Shown in pieces: positions 1 through 7,532 of a DNA stretch of 64,000 nt. Below the pieces are notes generated by a model. That model saw only the letters and a list, made by a program, of their open reading frames with translations, did no database searches and was not told the DNA's origin. The translations under genes and the position numbers were made by a program. Each line of letters starts with the position of its first letter. The first letter of the stretch is position 1. The DNA is from an uncultured Pseudomonadota bacterium (lineage in GTDB: Bacteria; Chloroflexota; UBA5177; JAJPKF01): contig CAWIIC010000004.1 of NCBI GenBank assembly GCA_963836045.1, forward strand, positions 77,283 to 141,282, read 5' to 3'.

Positions 1-1150
1 GAAACTGCTCGGATGCGAGCAACAGTCCCGCCCGAGTTATTCGTCGGGTCGTATCGAGAAGGTACTGTCGTCTCGTTTGGTACACGCCTAGGCGACCCGC
101 GTGGTATGACGCCAGCTCGGGGGTAAGCGCCAGCCTGCGAGCTGCCAGCGATGCCGTAGTCGATAAGTGATCCACCGCGACGAACGGAAGTATTCCGGCC
201 GCTTGGTCGTGCGGCTCTGAGACTCTGCCATCCGACAGAACGGTGTCGGCGGTGGCCAGCTTCTTCACCGTCCAGTGCCGTGGACCCTTGCCGCGTGTGC
301 AGATCGGGAGTCCTTCGGTGTCTGTTCCCAAAAGTTCATGGCTCAGCTCGAGGGCACGATGCAGGACGACGCAGACACTCGCAGCGTGGGCGTTACGGTG
401 GAGCGCATCCCAATCGATCTCGCCACGGAATTTCCCAACGACGTGATCGAGATCGCACAGGTTCTTCAGCCGGGCAAACCGATGCTTGCGCAAGTTAACC
501 GCGAGTAGCAGCATGGTGTCCTCGAGGCCTGGACATCTCACGTGCCGTCCCTCAACGTCGATAAGAGATGACTGCCGCCAGATCTTCAGCTCGTCCAGGC
601 TGGCCGATCCCCGCTCTGCGAGCATCCAGTGCAGCTCAACCGACCAGGAAACACCGCTGCCGTCTGCGCGGCGGAACGCCATGTCCCGGCCGGTCAGACG
701 CTGCAGCCTCTCGTCGTACTCGTCCACAGGACCATAGCCCAGCCCCATCAGACGCTCACGAGCCAGCTCGTACTCGTCCGCGTGCACCGCGATATCGATG
801 TCCCGACACAGACGTGCCCCCGCCGGGTAGCACCGCTCGGCCAGGGCCGGCCCCTTAAGAGCGAGACAGTCTATTCCCGACAGCGCATCCCACACCGTCC
901 CCAGCTCGCCCAGCGTCAGACGGTGCTGAATCACGTTGGCCGCGTGCAGCCGCCGCAACAGCTCGAGGACGTCCCCTCCGAGCACGTCCTCCACCCGTCC
1001 CGGCTCCTCGAGAAGCGTGGCGATCACCAGCGGCGTGACCTCGTGCCGGTCGGCCAGCAACAGCACGTCGAGCCAGTTAGTCTCGTCTATGCCGCCGCCA
1101 TCGCCGGCACACGCACGTAGCAGGACCTTCTCGGACGCCGTGATCGCCAT
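1..1150 (-). CDS. Nucleotidyltransferase family protein (uncharacterised NTP_transf_5 / PF14907-like); C-terminus cut by the window edge
   Basis: Hand translation of the minus strand from ATG at 1150-1148 (AGGGGA Shine-Dalgarno just upstream) gives MAITASEKVLLRACAG...CRDIDIAVHADEYELARERLMGLGY...VELHWML. The DxD plus HW signature and the length match this family. The frame stays open to position 1. It is missing from the ORF track because it has no stop inside the window. Confidence 0.72.
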   Translation of the reverse strand, partial: MAITASEKVLLRACAGDGGGIDETNWLDVLLLADRHEVTPLVIATLLEEPGRVEDVLGGDVLELLRRLHAANVIQHRLTLGELGTVWDALSGIDCLALKGPALAERCYPAGARLCRDIDIAVHADEYELARERLMGLGYGPVDEYDERLQRLTGRDMAFRRADGSGVSWSVELHWMLAERGSASLDELKIWRQSSLIDVEGRHVRCPGLEDTMLLLAVNLRKHRFARLKNLCDLDHVVGKFRGEIDWDALHRNAHAASVCVVLHRALELSHELLGTDTEGLPICTRGKGPRHWTVKKLATADTVLSDGRVSEPHDQAAGILPFVAVDHLSTTASLAARRLALTPELASYHAGRLGVYQTRRQYLLDTTRRITRAGLLLASEQF

Positions 1151-1218
1151 CGGTCCCCTAACGTAACCCCGGCGAATCGAACAATGCAATAAGCAGCTCG
1201 GCCGCGTCCTCTACCCGG

Positions 1219-1984
1219 TCAACCGACAGCGAGTACACCGGAGTCCGCTGCAATAGCCCGGCAATCGCCTCGGCTACAACCGGGTTCTCGTCTAGACGCG
1301 AACGCTTGCTCCAATAGATGCGGAAACGCCTGAGCCCCGGACATCCGCTCCAGCATCGTCGGCCTCCCCGTCTCCGCCAGCAGCACCACCGCCCGAGGCG
1401 CCACCGCCGCCGTCACCACCTCCACCGAGGCCTCCCACGGAGGACAATACAGCCGCTCGGCGATCGCCGTCTCCACCGTCGGGCCCGGCGTCCGGATCCG
1501 CCTTGAGCACGATCGCTCGCGGGAACCCGCGTACCCCCTCACCCGTCAGCAGAACCGCCTCGTCCGACATGTACCCCCACCCGCCATACCGCAGCAGCTC
1601 CAGCGTCAACGTGCTCTTCCCCGCCCCCGAAGGACCCGAGAGCAGCAGCGCCCCGTCATTCCGCGACAGCGCCGCCGCGTGCAGCGCGACAAACCCCTCG
1701 GCCGTGCCCAACGCCCGCTGAACGGCATGCCATTCCAGATAGGCGTACAGCCACTCCCACGAAGCGTCGACCCGCACCGATTCCTCGTCGAACCACAGCC
1801 TGAACCGCTCGCCGTCGGAGTCCACCACGTACCGGTGGGCCGCCGAGGCCTCCGCCCCGGCAAACGGCAGGAACGTCCGCCGAAACTGCCGCGCGATCCG
1901 CGACTCGCAGCACTCGAGCTCGAACTCGAACCCCGCCAGGCTGTACGACTCCGCCGCCGGACTCTCGATCACCAAGGCCGCCAC
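1219..1984 (-). pseudogene. HPr-kinase-related (HprK-like) P-loop kinase, frameshifted as assembled
   Basis: The N-terminal ORF 1292-1984 carries the Walker A motif LSGPSGAGKSTL, then turns into Gly-rich nonsense. The family-like C-terminus (AIAERLYCPPWEASVEV...AVVLLAETGRPTMLERMSGAQAFPHLLEQAF) continues in ORF 1219-1542. The frame switch lies near the GGGCCC run at 1481-1486. Confidence 0.7.
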
Positions 1985-1994
1985 TCCGCCAACC

Positions 1995-2255
1995 TCAAGC
2001 CGCCTCCACCAGTCCCAAATCGACGAACTGCTGGATCGCCTTGCTCACGTCGTCGTGAATCGCGTCCTCCGCCGTCGGAAAGTCCTGCGCCAGCTTCTTC
2101 TCGATGTCCACCGGGCTGTGCTCGCCGTCGCACAGCGCCCATATCCGAAGCGCCGTCGGGTTGAGGACGTGGCCCATCCCCGACGTCGGGTCGTACATCA
2201 CCCCCTCGCCCTCGATCTCCCAGATCTTGACGTCAGTCCGCCTGGTCAGTGTCAT
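1995..2255 (-). CDS. PqqD-family peptide chaperone (RiPP recognition element-like)
   Basis: 86 aa. WEIEGEGVMYDPTSGMGHVLNPTALRIWALCDGEHSPVDIEKKLAQDF...FVDLGLVE matches the PqqD/RRE winged-helix pattern. It sits immediately upstream of the HprK-like kinase. Confidence 0.8.
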   Translation of the reverse strand: MTLTRRTDVKIWEIEGEGVMYDPTSGMGHVLNPTALRIWALCDGEHSPVDIEKKLAQDFPTAEDAIHDDVSKAIQQFVDLGLVEAA

Positions 2256-2694
2256 CTACCCTCACCTCAGTCTGCTCCTGGGCCTTTGCCTGCTTGCGGA
2301 TATACCAGCCAAGCGCCGCCGCCCCAGCCCCGGCCGCCGGTATCCAGTCCTGATTGTCCACGTGCCGCGAGGCCTTCGCCGGAATCCCATGCTGCCCCGC
2401 CCCGCCACCGGTCTCCGGAAGCACCGACGGCGTGCTGGTGGTAGTGCTGGTCGTCGTATACGTCGTGCTGCTGCTGCTGCTGTAGCTCGAGTTGTAGTGG
2501 TTGGACGTCGACGGCGCCGGCGACCCTGCCTGCCCCGTCTTCGAAATCGCGAACGACGTGATCTTCGGACCCACGTACAGCCCGCTCAGCGCCACCCCGC
2601 TCCACTTGAGGAACTCGCCCCTGCTGGTCCGAGGATCAACCGTATCCCGGTCGTCCCCTTCCTGGTTCTCGGCAATGCTGTCACTAGTGCTCAT
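2233..2694 (-). CDS. Small Ser/Thr/Tyr-rich protein with a Tat-like N-terminus and an LPETG motif followed by a C-terminal hydrophobic segment
   Basis: 153 aa. N-terminus has TSRGEFLKWSGVALSGL. A central tract reads SPAPSTSNHYNSSYSSSSSTTYTTTSTTTSTPS. This is followed by VLPETGGG (checked on the DNA), IPAAGAGAAALGWYI and RKQAK. Its 3' end overlaps the PqqD start by 23 nt. The third-position GC bias fits coding sequence. Confidence 0.6.
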   Translation of the reverse strand: MSTSDSIAENQEGDDRDTVDPRTSRGEFLKWSGVALSGLYVGPKITSFAISKTGQAGSPAPSTSNHYNSSYSSSSSTTYTTTSTTTSTPSVLPETGGGAGQHGIPAKASRHVDNQDWIPAAGAGAAALGWYIRKQAKAQEQTEVRVDDTDQAD

Positions 2695-2735
2695 CTGTCT
2701 ACTGCTCCTTGTTCAATCGTCATGATCGCGAACGC

Positions 2736-3833
2736 CTACGAATCTTCAGCCATCACGCCGGCCGCAAAGTGCTCGGCGCCGGCCCCACGCCCCGGCCGAA
2801 GGAACTCAAACGTGTCCAGACCCCGTAAGGAGTCTCGTGCCCCACCGTTCTTCAGCGACTTATCCGCCGCCTCGAGCACCTTGATCACGCTGAGCCCCGA
2901 CCGTCCATCGCTCCGTGGAGTCGTCCCCTGATGGATGCACTGAATGAAGTGCAGCAGCTCCAGCTTCAGCGGCTCACCACTGGCCACCGCCGGGATGTTC
3001 ACCCCGCCATAGTGGTAGCTCAGCTGGAAGTCCGCGTAGTCACCCGACGACGTCGTCTTGATCACGCCCTTGTCGTAGATACGCAGCTTCTCCTCCGCCG
3101 ACACGTCGTTGTAGACCACCATCTTCTCGTCGCCGACCACCGTCAGCCGCCGCACCTTGCACGGCTCCAGCCAGCTCACGTGTATATGGCCCAAAATGCC
3201 CTGCGGGTACTTCAGCTCCAAGTACGCCACATCATGCGTGCCCGGATGGATACAGGCGTTTCCCCGCGCGCTGACGTGCGTCGGGTCCGCCTCCAGGATG
3301 TAGTTCATGATCGAGATGTCGTGCGGCGCCAGATCCCACAGCACGTTGACGTCACTGCGGTACTGACCCAGATTGAGCCGCGCCGCGTCCACGTAGAGCA
3401 CCCGCCCCACGTCACCTCGCTTGACGATATCCCGCAAGGCGATGACCGCCGGGTTGTACTCGAAGGTGTGTCCCACCATCAACCTGAGGCCCTTGTCATC
3501 GGCCAGCCGCACCAGCTCCCGAGCCTCGGCCGAGTTCAACGTCATCGGCTTCTCGATCAGCACGTGCTTGCCCGCCATCAGCGCCTCGCGCGCCATCGCG
3601 TGATGCGTCCGCACCGGCGTCGCCACCACCACCGCGTCGACGTCGCTCTCCAGAACCTCCCGGTACTCCTTCGTCAGCACCGCGTAGGGATACCGCGCCC
3701 GCAGCGCCTCCAGCCGCTCGTCCGAAAGATCCGCGATCGCCGTCAGCCGCGCCTCCGGGATCTCACTGAGATTGCGGATCAGGTGCGGACCCCAATAGCC
3801 TGCTCCAATCACGCCGAACCGTACTTCATTCAT
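2736..3833 (-). CDS. Gfo/Idh/MocA family NAD-dependent sugar oxidoreductase (WbpB-like UDP-sugar dehydrogenase class)
   Basis: 365 aa. N-terminal Rossmann motif VRFGVIGAGYWGPHLIRNL, followed by EKPM and the rest of the family-typical layout. Confidence 0.88.
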   Translation of the reverse strand: MNEVRFGVIGAGYWGPHLIRNLSEIPEARLTAIADLSDERLEALRARYPYAVLTKEYREVLESDVDAVVVATPVRTHHAMAREALMAGKHVLIEKPMTLNSAEARELVRLADDKGLRLMVGHTFEYNPAVIALRDIVKRGDVGRVLYVDAARLNLGQYRSDVNVLWDLAPHDISIMNYILEADPTHVSARGNACIHPGTHDVAYLELKYPQGILGHIHVSWLEPCKVRRLTVVGDEKMVVYNDVSAEEKLRIYDKGVIKTTSSGDYADFQLSYHYGGVNIPAVASGEPLKLELLHFIQCIHQGTTPRSDGRSGLSVIKVLEAADKSLKNGGARDSLRGLDTFEFLRPGRGAGAEHFAAGVMAEDS

Positions 3834-3867
3834 AGGGATATGCCTTTCCGTGTGTCCGTTTTCCCGC

Positions 3868-4521
3868 TTAACGATGAGTGATGAATGCCCACAAGAGCGC
3901 GGGCACAGTAGCTATAACGATTCCAAAGTCCAGCGGCAAGGACTGCCGCTCGATATACTCCAGATCCATGTCGATCATGGTCTCGAAGTCCACGACATCC
4001 CGCCCCTGCACCTGCCACAGCCCGGTGATCCCCGGCTTGACCTGCAGCCGGCCGCGATGCCTCGGCGTGTAATGCTCCACCTCGTACGCCAGTGGAGGCC
4101 TCGGCCCCACCAGGCTCATATCCCCCCGGATCACGTTGAGCAGCTGCGGCAGCTCGTCCAGCCCCAACCGCCGCAGCACCCCGCCGACCGGCGTGATCCG
4201 CGGATCGTGCCTGAGCTTGAACAGGTTCGCGTCCACCCCCGGCGCCGTCTCGCCCTTCAGGTACCGCTTGAAATACTCCCGGTGCGGCGCCGAGTCGACG
4301 TCCGCGTACATCGTGCGGAACTTGAACACCAGGAACGGCCGCTCGTCCTTGCCCAGACGCTCCTGCCGGAAGAACACCGGCCCCCGCGACGACCCCTTGA
4401 CCAGCAGCGCCGTCAGCCCAAACACCGGCGCCGACACCACCAGCAGCAACGCCCCGAGGATCACGTCAAACGGCCGCTTGTACCTCGGAACACGCCGCTC
4501 CGCCGCCGCGCCACGCGTCAC
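3868..4521 (-). CDS. Undecaprenyl-phosphate sugar phosphotransferase (bacterial sugar transferase, small PglC/WbaP C-terminal type)
   Basis: 217 aa. KRPFDVILGALLLVVSAPVF re-entrant helix, FFRQERLGKDERPFLVFKFRTM, DELPQLLNVIRGDMSLVGPRPP. These are the hallmark motifs of PF02397. Confidence 0.9.
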   Translation of the reverse strand: MTRGAAAERRVPRYKRPFDVILGALLLVVSAPVFGLTALLVKGSSRGPVFFRQERLGKDERPFLVFKFRTMYADVDSAPHREYFKRYLKGETAPGVDANLFKLRHDPRITPVGGVLRRLGLDELPQLLNVIRGDMSLVGPRPPLAYEVEHYTPRHRGRLQVKPGITGLWQVQGRDVVDFETMIDMDLEYIERQSLPLDFGIVIATVPALLWAFITHR

Positions 4522-4603
4522 CTCCTCCGTATCCCACGAACGAGGCGACGTCCGGCTATGCTCGCGATGCCCTCTGCCCGGTCCCGCGTGCCTGTTCCAT
4601 CAC

Positions 4604-5014
4604 CTAACCCTCAATCCGCTGCATGAACGTGTCGATAAGCAAGACCTGCTCCCTCAGCCCGTCACGCACCTGCCGCAGCAGCGACCGCGCCGGGTCCTCG
4701 AACGACCGGTCCTCCGCCGTCCGCTGCTCCTCCCGACGCTCATACCGTGGCGCCGGCCGTCGCTCCGCCGCCTGCGCCTCCACTACCTCCAGCGCCACCG
4801 CGTCCGCCGTGCTGACGATATCCTCCAGCAGCGTCGTCAAACGCTCCACGTGTGGCGCCGGCCCCGCCGTAACCCGGCTCAGCGCCTGCTCCACCTCCGT
4901 CTGCAAGAGGTAGCGCTCACCCACCCGCGTAAACTCCGCGCCCTGGATCACCACCTTATCAATCGACACTGGGAGTGGTCCTTCTATCGCTTGGACCGGC
5001 ACCGCGTACGTCAT
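4604..5014 (-). CDS. Hypothetical protein
   Basis: 136 aa ORF in operon register between the GGDEF and sugar transferase genes. The composition looks coding. I recognise no motif. Confidence 0.45.
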   Translation of the reverse strand: MTYAVPVQAIEGPLPVSIDKVVIQGAEFTRVGERYLLQTEVEQALSRVTAGPAPHVERLTTLLEDIVSTADAVALEVVEAQAAERRPAPRYERREEQRTAEDRSFEDPARSLLRQVRDGLREQVLLIDTFMQRIEG

Positions 5015-5049
5015 CCGTCCTCACCTCGGCATCCCCCAGCCTCCAAAAC

Positions 5050-6195
5050 TCAATTGCTCAAGCTCAACGTGTCGGCCACGTGAGTTCGGTGCTTGCCCTG
5101 CGCCTTCGCCCCGTACAGCGCGATCTCCGCCGCCTGAATCAATCCCTGCGCGTCGTCCGCCCGCTCCGGATACGACGCCAGCCCGATGCTCAGCGACACG
5201 CTGACCCGCTCCGCCCCCACCATCACCGGATCCTCCAGCGCCCCGTGGATCCGGCGCGACAGAATCTCCGCGCCCTTACCCGTCGTCTGCGGCAGCATGA
5301 ACAGGAACTCGTCATCGCCCCGCCGCGCCAGCACATCGCTGGTCCGGCCCAGACCCAGCACCCGGCTGCACACCTCGCGCAGCACCTGATCCCCGGCATC
5401 CCGGCCGTACACCGCGTTCACCTGAGCGAAATCGTCCAGGTCGAAGCTCAGCAACGCCACCGAATAGCGGTAGCGCCGGGCCCGGTCGATCTCGATCCCC
5501 AGCAGCCGCTCGAATTGATCCAGACTGTACGCCGCCGTCAGCTCGTCGAACGTCGCCGGCTGCAGCGTCACCGCGTTCTTCTGCCGGATCGCCGCCGCCG
5601 CCACCCCCGCGCACGTCAAGACCAGCTCCACCCGCCGCCCCAACTCCGGGGCAAAGATCATATCCGCCCGATTCGCCGTCCGGTAATTCAGGTAGATCAG
5701 CCCCCCAACCTCCGCGTCCGTCCGGATCGGCAGCAGCGCGAACGACCGCACCCCCGCCTCACAGACCAACCGCCCCACATCCTCCATCCGGCTGGACGTG
5801 TCCGGAATAGCCAGCGGCAAACCCTGCTTGATCACCTGCGCCGCCAGCCGGTCGTGCTTCGGCACCACCCGCGTCAAATGCGCCGCCAGGTGCTCGTCAC
5901 TGGTCCAGCCCACCCACGATTTCTCACCCTTGAAAAACACCGTCGCGCTATCCGCCGCCGCCAGACGCGCCACCAGCTCCCCGGTCCGCTCCATCAAATC
6001 GCCCAGGTCGCGAATCTTCGTCAGCTCCAACCCCGACTGCAGCAGCTCGTCCTCCACCACGTGAGCCCGCTGCGTCGACGCCGCTCGTCCCGCGCCCGTC
6101 TCCCCGCCAGCCTCCACGTCCGGTGCCGCCGCTACCCCGTCCTCCATCGCCGGGCCGCCGGCGGACTTCTCCTGCAGCGGCAGCTCATCGGCCAC
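5050..6195 (-). CDS. GAF-GGDEF protein with a degenerate active site (GDDEF) and an intact RxxD I-site
   Basis: GAF-like N-terminal half. The GGDEF domain reads LLSFDLDDFAQVNAVYGRDAGDQVL...GRTSDVLARRGDDEFLFML. The codons were checked on the DNA. RTSD lies five residues upstream of GDDEF. Confidence 0.85.
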   Translation of the reverse strand: MADELPLQEKSAGGPAMEDGVAAAPDVEAGGETGAGRAASTQRAHVVEDELLQSGLELTKIRDLGDLMERTGELVARLAAADSATVFFKGEKSWVGWTSDEHLAAHLTRVVPKHDRLAAQVIKQGLPLAIPDTSSRMEDVGRLVCEAGVRSFALLPIRTDAEVGGLIYLNYRTANRADMIFAPELGRRVELVLTCAGVAAAAIRQKNAVTLQPATFDELTAAYSLDQFERLLGIEIDRARRYRYSVALLSFDLDDFAQVNAVYGRDAGDQVLREVCSRVLGLGRTSDVLARRGDDEFLFMLPQTTGKGAEILSRRIHGALEDPVMVGAERVSVSLSIGLASYPERADDAQGLIQAAEIALYGAKAQGKHRTHVADTLSLSN

Positions 6196-6713
6196 CGCCG
6201 GCCCGCCTGATCCGGGTGGCGCTCCTGTCCGGCCTCGACCTGATTCGCCGCGTCGGCAGCCAACCCCTGTCCGGCATCGCCCTGAATCGCCGCGTCGGCG
6301 GGCAATCCCTGATCGGCCACGCTCCGACGAGCCGCCTCCGTCCCATCCCCTGCCTCAGACGTCTCCGGCGAGACCGCCGCTTCCGCCGCGTGCTCCGTCG
6401 AGACCGGCCCCGATACCTCCGTCCCCGCCGGCGTCTCGGCTTCAGACGCGCCAACGAGCCGCTCCGAGTCTGCTCCGCCGGCCCCCGAAGCCTCCGGGGC
6501 CTCGGGCGACACCTCGCTCGGGGTCGGTTCCGCCGCCTCAAATGCCCGTTTCGCATCCGCCGACTCGTCACCATACGGCTCCGGCCCGGCGAATCCACTG
6601 GCGGCGACATCCGCGTCGATCGCCACCGCATCCACCGGCGGCACCGCTCCCGTATCGCCAGGCTCTGGCTCTACGGTCAGCCGCAGACGGCTGCGCCGGC
6701 GCTTCCTCGGCAA
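6132..6713 (-). CDS. Acidic Ala/Glu/Pro/Ser-rich low-complexity segment; probably the N-terminal extension of the GAF-GGDEF protein rather than a separate gene
   Basis: High third-position GC in this frame down to about 6205. After that the frame becomes Arg/Cys/Trp nonsense, while the GGDEF frame becomes sensible (GGPAVADELPLQ). The ORF starts 18 nt after an in-frame TGA that ends the upstream gene. Confidence 0.4.
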   Translation of the reverse strand: MPRKRRRSRLRLTVEPEPGDTGAVPPVDAVAIDADVAASGFAGPEPYGDESADAKRAFEAAEPTPSEVSPEAPEASGAGGADSERLVGASEAETPAGTEVSGPVSTEHAAEAAVSPETSEAGDGTEAARRSVADQGLPADAAIQGDAGQGLAADAANQVEAGQERHPDQAGRRWPMSCRCRRSPPAARRWRTG

Positions 6714-6731
6714 CGCCGGACGGTACCGACA

Positions 6732-7388
6732 TCAGCCCCGTGCCCGGGTCCGCCGCTTGGTCCGCGGTAGGCCCACCTCGGCCGACGCATCCAGCTCCTG
6801 CGTTCGCGATCCCTTGTCCGGTCCCGCCTGTATCTCGGGAGAACCCTCCGCCGGCTCGTCCGGCTCCGGGTCCTGCAGGCTCTGCGTCCACCGCAGCACT
6901 CGCCGGTCGTTCGGCGCGATGTCCGACGCAATAGTAAGCGCCCGGACAACCTCCGTACGCTGCGACGATACCCGTGCCTTCATCAGCCACAGCTCCGCCG
7001 AGTACGGCGCGAACTCCAGGGCCCGGTCAACCAGCGATCGCACCTGCTCGACCTGGCCCATGTTCACGCTGTGATCGACCAGCCTGCTGAGCGCCTGGAT
7101 GTGCCGGCGCTGCAGCCACAAGTCGTTCGACTCCAGCGATCCGGCCAGCCGGTCCAGCAGCGTGTCGATGCGCTCCGCCGGAGTCTCAATCGAAGCCACC
7201 CGCAGCCCGGTCAGAGCTCGCAGCTCCGAAACCGCCGCCTCTTCCTCGGCTGGAGGTAGCAGCACGGTCACTTCCTTGGGCGTGGCCGCCACCGCTATGG
7301 CTCGCAAACGCCGAGCGGCACTGTAGGGAATCAGTGTGACGATATCGGGTGCCAACACACCGATCGTGGTAGTCGTAGAAGACGTCAT
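6732..7388 (-). CDS. T2SSE_N (GspE N-terminal)-like domain protein with a TPR-like helical region
   Basis: LIPYSAARRLRAIAVAATPKEVTVLLPPAEEEAAVSELRALTGLRVASIETPAERIDTLLDRL resembles the GspE/PilB N-terminal domain. It is followed by TPR-like helices and a basic tail. Confidence 0.68.
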   Translation of the reverse strand: MTSSTTTTIGVLAPDIVTLIPYSAARRLRAIAVAATPKEVTVLLPPAEEEAAVSELRALTGLRVASIETPAERIDTLLDRLAGSLESNDLWLQRRHIQALSRLVDHSVNMGQVEQVRSLVDRALEFAPYSAELWLMKARVSSQRTEVVRALTIASDIAPNDRRVLRWTQSLQDPEPDEPAEGSPEIQAGPDKGSRTQELDASAEVGLPRTKRRTRARG

Positions 7389-7532
7389 AGCTGTAGAAGA
7401 CCCCGCTTGGCGATTACTGCATGAAAGCAGTCTAGCAACGTGCCGGCAGTTATCAGTTCAGAGACAGGTTAACGACTGGTTGAGAAAATTGCTCAGCTAG
7501 TCGGTTTTTCTTAACCTCCGGCGAGGAGAACG

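Noticed and set aside
2233-2694. The C-terminus of the S/T-rich protein as a PEP-CTERM or classical LPXTG sorting signal.
   Set aside because: There is no PEP motif. The LPETG lies about 20 residues from a short hydrophobic segment, and an acidic tail follows. It is reported only as non-canonical.
6732-6734. The in-frame TGA read as selenocysteine.
   Set aside because: The context is a basic low-complexity linker, not a redox motif. I see no SECIS-like hairpin immediately downstream. A nonsense mutation, an error or a genuine gene boundary are simpler explanations.
2104-6770. Many long plus-strand ORFs, for example 2104-2931, 2931-3881, 3850-4626, 4136-5083, 4975-6210 and 6123-6770.
   Set aside because: All are Arg/Pro/His-rich shadow frames opposite clearly identifiable minus-strand genes (oxidoreductase, sugar transferase, GGDEF). 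This is typical of sequence at about 75 percent GC.
6732-7388. An MshEN-type c-di-GMP binding domain in the T2SSE_N protein.
   Set aside because: The similarity is to the distal part of the GspE N-terminal domain. The tandem 24-residue MshEN motif (RLG..L...G.......L) is not visible at the N-terminus, so no c-di-GMP binding claim is made.
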